45,065 nt of DNA from an uncultured Thermoflexus sp. (GTDB lineage: Bacteria; Chloroflexota; Anaerolineae; Aggregatilineales; Aggregatilineaceae). The translations under genes were made by a program, and so were the position numbers. The stretch's first letter is position 1; every line of letters starts with the position of its first letter. The notes under the pieces were generated by a model that was given only the letters and a program-made list of their open reading frames with translations, ran no database searches and was not told where the DNA came from. The stretch is taken from contig CAYNHD010000001.1 in the NCBI GenBank assembly GCA_964396775.1, positions 1 to 45,065 on the forward strand. The letters run 5' to 3'. Positions 1 through 9,154 of the stretch are shown here, one piece after another.

Positions 1-69
1 TCGCTCCCCTTTCCCTGCTTGCGGGGAAAGGGGCTGGGGGATAGGGGTTGAAAGTCCATAGCAGGCTCT
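1..69 (+). repeat. Window-truncated, diverged copy (right half) of palindromic intergenic element family A
   Basis: 'ctcccctttccctgcttgcggggaaaggggctgggggataggggttgaaag..ggctct' aligns by eye with the right half of the 18336-18480 copy ('ctcccttccctcgcttgcgggggaagggccggggatgggggtaaagatacctttcaaacggcctct'). It contains a CCCTTTCCC/GGGAAAGGG hairpin and lies directly 3' of the glgC stop. Confidence 0.5.
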
Positions 70-72
70 AGG

Positions 73-1338
73 TCACCGGGCCAGGCGATAGCTCACCCGC
101 GCGTTCGCCGGGATGACGCCACTCGGAAACTCAGCCGCAACTTCGTCCGCGCGCAGATCAACGCCGAGCACGCATCCCTTCCCAACGACAAATCCCGGCG
201 GGACGGTCGAGTTCTTGCCGATACAGGCAATGGACAGGTCGCCGAGCGCGGTTACCTCACCCACTTGCGCACCCTGCCCCACGACAACCCCCTTGTCAAT
301 CACCGCGCGCTCGATGACGGCATCGCGCTCGATATAGCTGTCGGTCAGAATCACGCTGTCGCGCACAACGGCGTTCGGGCCGACGAAAACGCCCGGCGAC
401 AACACGCTGCGCACCACGCGCGCGCCCGCGCAGATGATCGAGCCATCGGTGATCATGCTGTCCTCGACAATCGCACCCCGGTCAATGCGCACAGGCGGGC
501 GCTCCTCAGAGCGCGTGTGGATGATCCACGAGCGGTCGTTGAGGTCCAGCGACGGCGGCGAGTCCAGCAAGTCCATGTGCGCTTCCCAGTACGCTTCAAT
601 CGTCCCCACGTCAATCCAATAACCGCCAAAGGGATAGGCTATCACCTTCATGCCCAGCTCCATCATGCGTGGGATGATGTTGTAGCCGAAGTCGTGGCGC
701 GAATCCATGCGCGCCGCATCCTCGCGCAGCAAGTCTTCCAGCACGTCGAGCTTGAAGACGTAGACGCCCATATTGGCCAGGTCGCCGGGCGGGATGGGCG
801 GCTTTTCCACAAAGTCTATGATGCGGTTGTGCTCGTCTACGGCCATGATCCCGTAGCGCGGCGCTTCGTCGAGGGGGACGCGAATCACGCACACGGTCGC
901 GTCGGCTTCCTGCACCTCGTGGTACTTGATCAGCAGGTCGTAGTCCATCTCGTAGATGTGATCGCCAGAGAGGATGAGGATGTTGCGTGCCCCGCCGCGC
1001 CGGATGAAGTTGATGTTCTGGGTAACGGCGTCCGCCGTGCCCGCGTACCAGTCGGTATCCTGGCGGCCCTGGAACGGTTGCAGGAGGCGCACCCCGCCGG
1101 TGAACGTGCGGTCGAGGTCCCAGGGGCGGCCCAGGCCGATATGCTCGTTGAGACTGTGCGGGCGGTACTGGGTGAGCACCAACACGTCGAAGATGCCGGA
1201 ATTGACGCAGTTGCTCAGCGCGAAATCAATGATGCGATATTTCCCGGCGAAAGGCACCGCCGGCTTGGCACGCTTGGCAGTCAGCACCCCCAGCCGGCTG
1301 CCTTCCCCTCCAGCCAGAATCACGGCTCGCGTTCGCAT
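73..1338 (-). CDS. glgC: Glucose-1-phosphate adenylyltransferase
   Basis: 421-aa ORF. The N-terminus '[44 protein letters not shown]' and '[13 protein letters not shown]' are classic GlgC nucleotidyltransferase motifs. The C-terminal half is hexapeptide/beta-helix-like. GAGGAG lies 9 nt upstream of the ATG at 1338. Confidence 0.93.
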   Translation of the reverse strand: MRTRAVILAGGEGSRLGVLTAKRAKPAVPFAGKYRIIDFALSNCVNSGIFDVLVLTQYRPHSLNEHIGLGRPWDLDRTFTGGVRLLQPFQGRQDTDWYAGTADAVTQNINFIRRGGARNILILSGDHIYEMDYDLLIKYHEVQEADATVCVIRVPLDEAPRYGIMAVDEHNRIIDFVEKPPIPPGDLANMGVYVFKLDVLEDLLREDAARMDSRHDFGYNIIPRMMELGMKVIAYPFGGYWIDVGTIEAYWEAHMDLLDSPPSLDLNDRSWIIHTRSEERPPVRIDRGAIVEDSMITDGSIICAGARVVRSVLSPGVFVGPNAVVRDSVILTDSYIERDAVIERAVIDKGVVVGQGAQVGEVTALGDLSIACIGKNSTVPPGFVVGKGCVLGVDLRADEVAAEFPSGVIPANARVSYRLAR

Positions 1339-1523
1339 GACCAGTCGCTCCTCGTTGCGTGGAAATCCGCGATTGCACCAGGCATCTCGGCCCCATCACC
1401 AACCACTGGCACTGCGCCCTCACGGGCGGTTATATCCAGTATATCATGCACGGGCGCGGGCGCGCACGCCATCCACGCCATCGGGTGCGTGCAAAATCTG
1501 TCAGGCAGCGTGACCCGCTCTTT

Positions 1524-1664
1524 AGCCTCACCCCCGCTCAGCGCTGACGCGCCTCGCCGCCCCCTCTCCACGACGTGGAGAGGGGGCAAGCCGAGCGCAG
1601 CGAGGCTGGGGGTGAGGCTGCTGCCAGCGTCATACATGTCACTGACAGGCCTTGCATACACCTC
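1524..1664 (+). repeat. Nested-hairpin intergenic repeat, family B (copy B1)
   Basis: Outer stem AGCCTCACCCCC (1524-1535) pairs with GGGGGTGAGGCT (1608-1619). It encloses a perfect 12-bp hairpin CCCCCTCTCCAC-gac-GTGGAGAGGGGG (1560-1586). The segment 1589-1664 is near-identical by eye to 18259-18335. Confidence 0.6.
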
Positions 1665-1669
1665 CGCCA

Positions 1670-2161
1670 TCAGGCACGCGGCGCGGGGACGTACAACGTG
1701 TCGTAGACCCAGTTGACGACCTGCATGGCGTGGCGGTGCCGGTGCCACCACAACCGCGCCGCCAGCAGGCCAATCCCGGCCACGACCGCCAGCCCCAGCA
1801 GCGCCGTCCCCCACGCGCCGCGCACCCCAGACTCCAGCGCCGCCAACAACACCAGCAGCGCCACGAATGCCATGCCATACACCCAACGCCCGGCCCGGCG
1901 TGCGCCTGTCTCCACCACAGTGCCCCAGACCCACGTGCCGCGTGCTACCGCTTCCAGCGTCCCCCAGAAGGCAATCGTCTGCGGCCCTCCCTCACCAACC
2001 GTGCGGCGCAGGGCAAAGCTGCCGTCGTCGAGCAGGGAGACGCGCTGGCCGCTTTCGGCAGCGCAGCGCCGCAGGCACTCCTGGCACTCTTCGACGCTCA
2101 TGGCCGTCACGAAATCCACGCTCAGGAACTTGAGCCGCCGCCCACGCTCGCCTTCACTCAT
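1670..2161 (-). CDS. Hypothetical two-TM membrane protein, paralog 3 of a tandem triplet
   Basis: 163 aa counted from the internal ATG at 2161, which forms an ATGA overlap with the upstream stop. It shares with the two upstream genes the N-terminal motif [DE]FVT[AP][LM]xxxxC, a 'GTxVxGxV' segment, a hydrophobic hairpin (VYGMAFVALLVLLAAL / ALLGLAVVAGIGLLAA) and a C-terminal 'xxWVxxxLYV' helix. Confidence 0.6.
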   Translation of the reverse strand: MSEGERGRRLKFLSVDFVTAMSVEECQECLRRCAAESGQRVSLLDDGSFALRRTVGEGGPQTIAFWGTLEAVARGTWVWGTVVETGARRAGRWVYGMAFVALLVLLAALESGVRGAWGTALLGLAVVAGIGLLAARLWWHRHRHAMQVVNWVYDTLYVPAPRA

Positions 2162-2676
2162 GGTGACTTCCCATCCTGATCCGGCTCCCCGGTCACCATC
2201 AGTCGCGCCATCACCCAACGGGCCAGATCGTGCGCCTGGCGGCTGAGCGACTTCTGGAAGTAAACGTAGTAGGTGGCAAACAACACCAGCAGAATCACCG
2301 AGAGCACTGCTACGAACGGCACGGCCAGAGCAATGCCCAGCACGGCGAAGACGGACGTGATCAGCCCCGGCACCGTCAGCAGTGTCTCCAACGTGCTGTT
2401 GCGCACGACCTGCCCCACGACGTGAGTCCCCGCGTTTTCGGGGCCAAGCGTCCCCTCAAAGCGCAGCAGCCACAACTCCGGCGCTTCTTCAGCGGGGCGA
2501 CGCTGCCAGCCTGTCTCGACCAGCACGCGGTCGCCCTGCACACGCACGTAAAGCTGCTGCCCTCCAAAGCGACGAGGGCCGCCCGCCAGAGAATAGACGC
2601 ACTCATCCCTGGCGAGCGGTGTCACGAACTCGATAGCCACAGCATCACCCGCCGAAAGGTAGCGCAGCGCGGTCAC
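2158..2676 (-). CDS. Hypothetical two-TM membrane protein, paralog 2 of a tandem triplet
   Basis: 172 aa counted from the GTG at 2676, which forms a GTGA overlap with the stop of the upstream paralog. Same architecture as the neighbours ('IEFVTPLARDEC', two TM segments, 'ARWVMARLMV'). The 324-aa track ORF (2158-3132) overlaps the upstream paralog, so its Arg/Pro-rich N-terminal extension is discounted. Confidence 0.55.
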   Translation of the reverse strand: MTALRYLSAGDAVAIEFVTPLARDECVYSLAGGPRRFGGQQLYVRVQGDRVLVETGWQRRPAEEAPELWLLRFEGTLGPENAGTHVVGQVVRNSTLETLLTVPGLITSVFAVLGIALAVPFVAVLSVILLVLFATYYVYFQKSLSRQAHDLARWVMARLMVTGEPDQDGKSP

Positions 2677-3206
2677 ATCGCCCCCCGCCCTCGCACCTGC
2701 TCGTCCGTCAGGTAAAGCCGCTGGCGCAACCAGCGCGCGATGTCGTCGGTGGCCCGGCGCAGCGTCCGCCAGCGGGCCGAGAACACGGTCAGCAGCAGGA
2801 TCAGCACGGGCAGCGAGACGGCAAAGGCCAGGGCGCGCAGCCGCAGAAACAGCAGCACCGTGACCAGAAAGAACACCAGAAACACGATCAACCCCTCGAC
2901 CAGCACCTGGTTGCCGGTGTCGTGCGTGATCGCGCCGTGCACCCACGTGCCGCCGCTCTCGTCGGGGTCGAGGTGGCCAACGAAGCGGATCGGGTACAGC
3001 CCCCCGGCGAACGTCCGCTCGACGGTGAACTGCCCATCGCGGGTCACCTGCGTATGTTGGGTGACCGGTGTCAGCCACGTCCCAACGCCGGAAAGCGGGC
3101 TGGCATCGGCGCGGGCCAGCCGCTCGTGGCATGCCTGCGGCCCCAACGCCGTCACGAAGTCCGCCGTGTGGCGCGGGGATTTGCGTTTGATGCTGCTTTC
3201 AGTCAT
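2673..3206 (-). CDS. Hypothetical two-TM membrane protein, paralog 1 of a tandem triplet
   Basis: 177 aa. GGAGGTGAGG RBS upstream of the ATG at 3206. Contains 'ADFVTALGPQAC', two TM segments (LIVFLVFFLVTVLLFL / AVSLPVLILLLTVF) and 'ARWLRQRLYL'. Confidence 0.6.
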   Translation of the reverse strand: MTESSIKRKSPRHTADFVTALGPQACHERLARADASPLSGVGTWLTPVTQHTQVTRDGQFTVERTFAGGLYPIRFVGHLDPDESGGTWVHGAITHDTGNQVLVEGLIVFLVFFLVTVLLFLRLRALAFAVSLPVLILLLTVFSARWRTLRRATDDIARWLRQRLYLTDEQVRGRGAM

Positions 3207-3484
3207 GGGTGCAGAGCCTCACCTCCTGGCCCTCGCTCCATTGTACATCCCGCCAGGCTGCGCATGACCAGGGTCGTCTTGCGGGATTCTACCTGATTTC
3301 ATGATCTATTTTACATCGTGGCCTGTTTCGTGCCTGGACGGAGCCGCCCGCAGTTGCGCCGCCTCAGGCTCCTGGCTCTGCCCTGGCCCACAGGTAGCCC
3401 GTTTCTGGATAGGTGTGCACTGCACCCCTGAACTCAGGACACGCACTGACCGTGTGTAACAAGTTTCAATTTTGCGCTAAGTAG

Positions 3485-3514
3485 TTGACTTTGTTTCAAG
3501 AATTCTGTTACACT
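3485..3514 (+). promoter_or_regulatory. Candidate sigma70-type promoter for the LacI/ABC operon
   Basis: TTGACT (3485-3490), then a 17-18 nt spacer containing the AGAATTCT palindrome, then TTACAC/TACACT. It sits in an AT-richer stretch about 80 nt upstream of the ATG at 3590. Confidence 0.35.
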
Positions 3515-3589
3515 GAGAATAGGTTAGTTCCCTTGTTCCGAAAGAAAGAAACAACGCCGCTTCACGAGTGAGCGAATGGTTTTGACACC

Positions 3590-4597
3590 ATGACCACCGT
3601 GCGCGAAATCGCCAGGCGAGCCAATGTCTCCATCGCGACAGTCTCGCGCGTGCTCAACGATCACCCACGCGTCAGCGCCGAGACTCGCCTGATCGTTCTG
3701 CGGGCCGCGCAGGAACTGGGCTACCCCCTCGAGCGGCTGCGCAGCGCGCCCCAGGTCTCCCGGTCGGTGCTCGTGCTCACCCGCGAAGAAGCGGCGGAGA
3801 CGCAGAACGGCACCTCGCCCGCCGGGGGCGAGTTCGAGCGGCGCGTGTGGGCGGGCGTCCATGCCTACCTGGAAGGGCGGGGTATCGCCGTCCGGCTGCA
3901 ACACTCCACCGTGTCGCCCGAAGAAGCGCGCCAGCACGCCAAAGACATCGGCGTGTCGGGCCTGGTCTTGCTGGGCGGGGTGCGCGAGCGCAGCTTCGTC
4001 AGGGAATTGCAGGCGCACAACATCCCCTTTGTCATCGCCGGGGCGCACCTGCGCCCGATGGAAGTCAACTGCGTGATGGCCGATGTCCGCCAGGGCATTC
4101 AGCAGGCCATGCAGCACCTCATTGAGCGGGGCCGCCAACGCATCGGCTTTGTCAACGGCCCCTCCACGACGACGACCAGCGGCGAGAAGCTGGAAGCCTT
4201 CCGGTACATGCTGTGCGTCAGTCACCTGCCCTTCGAGACGGCTCAGGTGGTGGTGAGCGATTTCAGCGCCGAAGCGGGCTACCAGCAGACGCTCCGCTTG
4301 CTGGAGCAGCAGCCGCACCTGGACGCGGTGCTCTTTGCCGACGATGTGATCGCTTTTGGCGGGATGCGGGCCATCCGCGAGCGCGGCTACCAGGTTCCGG
4401 GCGATCTCGCGGTGATCGGCTTTGGCGACTACGAGCTAGCCAATTTCGTCAGCCCCCCCCTGACTTCGGTTCACTTCGACATGCACCAGATGGGCATCAT
4501 CGCCGCGCGGCGGCTGTGTATGCTCTTCGACGAGCCGGACGATTATCCCTGGCTGGTGCGCGTGCCGACGACGCTGATCGTCCGCGAGTCCGCATGA
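3590..4597 (+). CDS. LacI-family transcriptional regulator
   Basis: N-terminal HTH 'TVREIARRANVSIATVSRVLN' followed by a periplasmic-binding-fold sugar-binding domain (335 aa). Confidence 0.9.
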   Translation: MTTVREIARRANVSIATVSRVLNDHPRVSAETRLIVLRAAQELGYPLERLRSAPQVSRSVLVLTREEAAETQNGTSPAGGEFERRVWAGVHAYLEGRGIAVRLQHSTVSPEEARQHAKDIGVSGLVLLGGVRERSFVRELQAHNIPFVIAGAHLRPMEVNCVMADVRQGIQQAMQHLIERGRQRIGFVNGPSTTTTSGEKLEAFRYMLCVSHLPFETAQVVVSDFSAEAGYQQTLRLLEQQPHLDAVLFADDVIAFGGMRAIRERGYQVPGDLAVIGFGDYELANFVSPPLTSVHFDMHQMGIIAARRLCMLFDEPDDYPWLVRVPTTLIVRESA

Positions 4598-4663
4598 GGG
4601 CGAGCCGGTCTGCGGGAATAGCGGACGCCAATTATTTGTTAGCGACAGGATGCCCGGTCAACG

Positions 4664-5557
4664 ATGATGAAGACCCACTCTTTGCCCCGCCTGCGACTTT
4701 CCGACACGCAGTTCGGCATCCTGCTGGCGCTGCCCGCGCTGGCGCTGTTCGCCGCCATCACCATCTATCCGCTGTTCAGTTCGATGTACCAGGGCCTGTT
4801 GGAGAAAAGCCTGCTGTGGCCGGGCCAGGAGTTCGTCGGCACCGAGAATATCCGGGCGGTGCTGGACGACGACTTCATGCCCCTGCTGCGCACCACGCTG
4901 ACCTTCACCCTCTACGCCACGCTGCTGCCGTTCGTGATCGGCTTCGCGGTCGCTCTCATCCTGAACACATCCATGCGCGGGCAGGGGTTGCTGCGCAGCC
5001 TGTTCCTGCTGCCCTGGCTCATCCCGACGGTGGTGGTGTCGTTCCTGTGGATGTGGATCTTCAACGCCAACTACGGCGTGCTCAACGGCCTGCTGCGCCA
5101 GACCGGCCTCATCGCCGAGAACATCAACTGGCTGGGCCACCGCGAGCGGGCCATGTTCGCGGTGATCATCGCCAAGTCGTGGAACACTTTCCCCTGGATG
5201 GCGGTGATGCTGCTGGCCGGGTTGCAGACCATCCCGCGCGAGTTGAACGAAGCTGCCGCCATTGACGGCGCAGGCCGCGCGCGCATCTTTCGCCACATCA
5301 CCATCCCGCAGTTGCGCGGCATCATCGGCACGGTGCTGCTGCTCAGCTTCATCTGGAACTTCCAGCACTTCGAGATGCTCTACGTCATGACGACGGGCGG
5401 CCCGGCCAAAGCGACCACTACGTTCTCCGTCGCCGTGTACAAGACCGCCTTTCAGAAGTTCGACCTGGGCGAGGCCGGGGCCATCGGCATCCTGTGGATG
5501 GCGTTGCTCTCGGTGATTGTCGCGCTCTATCTCAAGTTCGGCACGGACAACGAGTAG
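4664..5557 (+). CDS. Carbohydrate ABC transporter permease (MalF/UgpA-like)
   Basis: 297 aa with six hydrophobic segments. EAA-type loop 'LNEAAAIDGAGRARIFRHITIPQLRG'. Confidence 0.9.
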   Translation: MMKTHSLPRLRLSDTQFGILLALPALALFAAITIYPLFSSMYQGLLEKSLLWPGQEFVGTENIRAVLDDDFMPLLRTTLTFTLYATLLPFVIGFAVALILNTSMRGQGLLRSLFLLPWLIPTVVVSFLWMWIFNANYGVLNGLLRQTGLIAENINWLGHRERAMFAVIIAKSWNTFPWMAVMLLAGLQTIPRELNEAAAIDGAGRARIFRHITIPQLRGIIGTVLLLSFIWNFQHFEMLYVMTTGGPAKATTTFSVAVYKTAFQKFDLGEAGAIGILWMALLSVIVALYLKFGTDNE

Positions 5558-5567
5558 GAGGGGCGCG

Positions 5568-6443
5568 GTGACTGTTTCGCGCATAAGCGAGACCTCGACA
5601 ATGGCTGCTTCACAGCGCCAGAAGCTGCTGGATCGCGCTGTCCTGTATCTGTCCTTCGCCGTCGTCGCCGTGTTCGCCTTCTTCCCCATCTACTGGATGC
5701 TGGTCACGTCGCTGACGCCGGCGAACCAGGTCTTCCGCTTCCCGCCGAGGCTATTTCCGGCCAGCCTGACGCTCGACCACTACCAGGCCTTCTTCGACAA
5801 CCCGACGCTGCTGCGCTATTTCCGCAACAGCGTGCTCGTCTCGACGGCCACCGCCGTTGGCAGCATCCTGATTTCAACCTATGCGGCGTACTCGTTCTCC
5901 AAGTTCCGCTACGCGGGGCGGCGCGCGCTGATGTTCCTCATCCTCTCCGCGCAGATGTTCCCGCAGGCCCTGCTGCTGATCGCGCTCTACCTGATGTTCG
6001 ACGAACTGGGCCTGCTCAACTCGTACTGGTCTATGATCCTGGCCTTCACCACGTTCACGCTGCCGCTGTGCATCTGGATGCTCAAGAGCTACTTTGACAC
6101 GATCCCCGACGATCTGATCGAGGCGGCCAAAGTGGACGGCGCGGGCCAGTTCCAGATCATTCACCGCATCCTGATGCCCCTCGCCGCGCCTGCGCTGGTC
6201 TCGACCACGCTGTTCGCTTTCATTCGCGGCTGGAACGACTACATCTACGCGCTGACGCTAGCCGGGCCGCACAAAATGACGCTGCCGCCGGGCCTGGTGC
6301 TGACCTACATCGGGGAGTTCCAGACCTCCTGGCCGAACCTGATGGCGTCGTCGTTCATCGTCTCGCTGCCGATTGTGATCGCGTTCCTGTTCATGCAGCG
6401 TTACATCGCCGGCGGCCTCGTCGCCGGGGCCGTCAAGGGTTAG
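5568..6443 (+). CDS. Carbohydrate ABC transporter permease (MalG/UgpE-like)
   Basis: EAA loop 'LIEAAKVDGAGQFQIIHRILMPLAAP'. I prefer the GTG at 5568, which has GGAGG 5 nt upstream. The ATG at 5601 is an alternative. The track start at 5517 overlaps the upstream gene. Confidence 0.85.
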   Translation: MTVSRISETSTMAASQRQKLLDRAVLYLSFAVVAVFAFFPIYWMLVTSLTPANQVFRFPPRLFPASLTLDHYQAFFDNPTLLRYFRNSVLVSTATAVGSILISTYAAYSFSKFRYAGRRALMFLILSAQMFPQALLLIALYLMFDELGLLNSYWSMILAFTTFTLPLCIWMLKSYFDTIPDDLIEAAKVDGAGQFQIIHRILMPLAAPALVSTTLFAFIRGWNDYIYALTLAGPHKMTLPPGLVLTYIGEFQTSWPNLMASSFIVSLPIVIAFLFMQRYIAGGLVAGAVKG

Positions 6444-6494
6444 TGGTTCACGGTGGATCAACCGCCGTTGGTATCTCATTCATGGAGGAAAAGG

Positions 6495-7739
6495 ATGTCT
6501 CGCAGATCGCTCTCTACTTTGCTCGTTCTGGTTATCGTGCTCCTGGTCAGCCTTGCGCCAGCGATGGCCCAGGAAGGTGGCAAGTTCACCTTCACTGGCT
6601 GGTCGCTGCAAGAAGGCGCAACCCGTGACGTGATCATGGGCGTGGTGGCCGAGTACAGCCAGGCCACTGGCGCTGAGATCACCGACGTGTCCTACCCGTA
6701 TAACGAGTATCTCAACCAGATTCTGCTCCAGGCGCGCGGCGGCAACCTGAGCGGGGCCGTGCAGCTTGACATCGCCTGGCTGGCCCCGCTGGCGGCGATG
6801 GGCGTGCTCAAGGACCTCGGCCCGGTCGCCGCAGAAGCCGACTACACCGCTGCCGCGCTCAGCAGCGGCCAGATCAACGGCGTGCAGTACGGCCTGCCCT
6901 GGACAACAGCCTCGATTGGCATGGTCGCCAACATGAAGCTGTTGGAAGAGGCCGGCATCACCGAGCTACCGACGACGATTGCCGAGTTCGAGGCGGCGCT
7001 CGAAGCCCTGAAAGCCTACGATCCTGATGTGATCCCCTACGCGGGCATGACCGACACAGCCCAGCTGAAGGACATCATCCCCTGGATTTGGACTTTCGGC
7101 GGCACGGTCATTGACGACGAGGGCAATGTCGTGCTCAACGACGAGGGCAGCATCGCCGCCGTTGAGTGGTACGCGGGCCTGCTGGAACGCGGTCTGATCG
7201 CAGCGGATATGGATCGCTTCGATGCGCGCCAGTTGTTCGCCCAGGGCCGCGTGGGGTTTTACGATGACGCGATTGTGGCGCGCGGGCTGGTTCAGAGCAA
7301 CGCGCCGGATTCCGACCTGGCCGACTACGTGGTACCCGTGCCGCGCCCCGTTCTGAACGAGGGCGACGCGCCGCAGGCGTTGCTGTGGGGCCACATCATC
7401 GTCGTCATTGACGATGCGAACGCCGACGCTGCCGCCGCCTTTGCCAAGTACATCACCACCGATCAGGACACGGTGCTGAACTACTTCGAGCAGCTTGCCC
7501 TGCCGCCCACCACGCAGACGGCGCTCGATTCGGAGACCGTCCAGAACAATGCCTACGTGGCAACATGGTCGGAGGGAATCACCGCCACCGCGCGCACAAA
7601 CCCGTTCTGGCCCTACACCCAGGCTGCGGCGATGGAGCAGGCGCTGAACGAGCGCGTCCAGGCCGTGCTGACCGGGGAAATGAGCGCCGCTGACGCGATG
7701 AACGATGCCCACGACGAGATCAGCGACCTGATTGACTAG
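6495..7739 (+). CDS. Extracellular sugar-binding protein of ABC transporter
   Basis: Signal peptide 'MSRRSLSTLLVLVIVLLVSLAPAMAQ'. GGAGGA RBS before the ATG at 6495. Composition is typical of family-1 solute-binding proteins, and the gene sits with the two permeases. Confidence 0.85.
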   Translation: MSRRSLSTLLVLVIVLLVSLAPAMAQEGGKFTFTGWSLQEGATRDVIMGVVAEYSQATGAEITDVSYPYNEYLNQILLQARGGNLSGAVQLDIAWLAPLAAMGVLKDLGPVAAEADYTAAALSSGQINGVQYGLPWTTASIGMVANMKLLEEAGITELPTTIAEFEAALEALKAYDPDVIPYAGMTDTAQLKDIIPWIWTFGGTVIDDEGNVVLNDEGSIAAVEWYAGLLERGLIAADMDRFDARQLFAQGRVGFYDDAIVARGLVQSNAPDSDLADYVVPVPRPVLNEGDAPQALLWGHIIVVIDDANADAAAAFAKYITTDQDTVLNYFEQLALPPTTQTALDSETVQNNAYVATWSEGITATARTNPFWPYTQAAAMEQALNERVQAVLTGEMSAADAMNDAHDEISDLID

Positions 7740-7880
7740 CAGCACCAGGGCCGTCTGGCGCAGGCGGCCCCCCAGCAATCACGGCGGGAGACGTGCGGGT
7801 TGTACGTCTCCCGCCCACCGTTATCATCTGCGGCGTCCTGCATCATAGCCGCAACACTGTAGCGCGACTGAGAGTGAGCC

Positions 7881-9068
7881 ATGTCCACACCGCGCGAGCG
7901 ATTTCTGCAGGTCTTGCGGAGCGAGCAGCCAGACCGCGTGCCGGTCACGCTGTTCATCCACGATCACGGTCACTTTCTCAGCCAGATGTACCCTGACCTC
8001 GATCCCTGGGATTGGGCCGCTCGCCAGGCCAAAGTCGTCGAGCTACAGAAACAGCTTGGCTGCGACGTGTTCGTGCGGCTGGCGCATTATGTGGATCAGC
8101 CCGGCTTCATGACGCGGGGCGAGGTGGACACCGAGCAGCAAACAGAGACTTGGCAGGTCAAGATAGAAGAAACCCGCCAGGATGACGCCCTGATCCAGCG
8201 GACGACAATCACCACGCCGGACGGGGCGCTCACCCAGGAACGGGTGACCAATCAGGTGGGGCCAGCGACCTATGTGACCACCTGCAGCAAGCCGGCGGTC
8301 GAATCGCGCCGCGACCTGGAGATAGTCGCGCGCTATGAGCCGCCTTTCCCCGCTAAGTGGGCGGAGCACATCAAGGCGCGCGTGCAGGCGATCAAGGCCC
8401 TGGTAGGCGACGAGGGTATCGTCGGCCTGTGGACAGTAGGCGGGCCGTTCAACTACGCTTCGCGGCTGATCGAGCTAGAGACACTTTACGCCTTATTCCT
8501 GACCGATTACGATTTTTACGAACAATTGATGGCCTATGCCCTGCGCCGCATTCAGGAATTCGCCCGACTTGTGGCCGGGGCCGGAGCCGACGTTTTCTGT
8601 GTGGGCGGCAACGTGGCGGGGGGCTTCTTGGGGCGGCGGACGTTCGACCGCTACGTGCTCCCCTTTGAAGCAGCGTGTGTCGCAGCGTTTCAGCAGGGCG
8701 GTACCCCCGTCATCTACCACAACTGCGGGCAGATCATGAACCTGGTCGAGTCCTACAAGGCGCTGGGAGTGCGCGTGGTCGAGCCGTTCTCCCCGCCGCC
8801 GACGCTGGGTGACGCCCAGCTTGACCGGGCGATTGATCTCGTTCGCGGGGACTATGCCATCATCGGCGGGGTGGATCAGGTGAACGTGCTGAAGAACGGC
8901 AGCGTGGATGAAGTCCGACGGGCGACCGAGCAGACGATCCGGGCTGGCAAGGGCCCCGAACAACGCGGCCTGTTCATCCTGCAGTCAGCAGATTTTCTGG
9001 AATACGACACACCCATCGAGAACCTGGAAGCGTACCTGAGCACAGCGCGGGCGCACGCAGCCTATTGA
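7881..9068 (+). CDS. Uroporphyrinogen-decarboxylase (URO-D) family protein, non-haem context
   Basis: 395 aa. 'RERFLQVLRSEQPDRVPV' at the N-terminus and 'FDRYVLPFEAACVAAFQQGGTPVIYHNCGQIMNLVESYKALGVRVVEP...IIGGVDQVNVLKNGSVDEVRRATEQTI' match the URO-D/MtaA-type TIM-barrel pattern. Confidence 0.7.
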   Translation: MSTPRERFLQVLRSEQPDRVPVTLFIHDHGHFLSQMYPDLDPWDWAARQAKVVELQKQLGCDVFVRLAHYVDQPGFMTRGEVDTEQQTETWQVKIEETRQDDALIQRTTITTPDGALTQERVTNQVGPATYVTTCSKPAVESRRDLEIVARYEPPFPAKWAEHIKARVQAIKALVGDEGIVGLWTVGGPFNYASRLIELETLYALFLTDYDFYEQLMAYALRRIQEFARLVAGAGADVFCVGGNVAGGFLGRRTFDRYVLPFEAACVAAFQQGGTPVIYHNCGQIMNLVESYKALGVRVVEPFSPPPTLGDAQLDRAIDLVRGDYAIIGGVDQVNVLKNGSVDEVRRATEQTIRAGKGPEQRGLFILQSADFLEYDTPIENLEAYLSTARAHAAY

Positions 9069-9116
9069 CGCCGGAGATGCTGCGGCTGCTGCCCTGGCGA
9101 TACTGCTGGCGAGATG

Positions 9117-9154
9117 CCTCCGTAGGGGCGTATTGCAATACGCCCCTACGGGGG
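9117..9154. repeat. Perfect 30-bp palindrome of the GTAGGGGC..GCCCCTAC family (REP-like, possible terminator)
   Basis: 9121-9150 'cgtaggggcgtattgcaatacgcccctacg' is exactly self-complementary, and flanking c/g pairs extend the stem. A third half-copy 'gcgcccctacg' lies at 9166-9176. The element starts about 50 nt after the stop at 9068. Confidence 0.7.

Noticed and set aside
265-1716. 483-aa ORF antisense to glgC, plus similar long antisense or out-of-frame ORFs (3524-4318, 4658-5689, 6966-7778, 9239-10537, 13241-15382, 15434-16735, 16804-18045, 23895-25301, 28041-29081, 31104-32057, 37179-37955, 39045-39998, 41280-42131, 42133-43287, 43473-44294)
   Set aside because: All lie opposite to, or out of frame with, ORFs that carry unmistakable family motifs. 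Their translations are Arg/Gly/Pro/His/Asp-rich low-complexity strings, typical of stop-codon-poor alternative frames in GC-rich DNA. None shows a recognisable motif or RBS.
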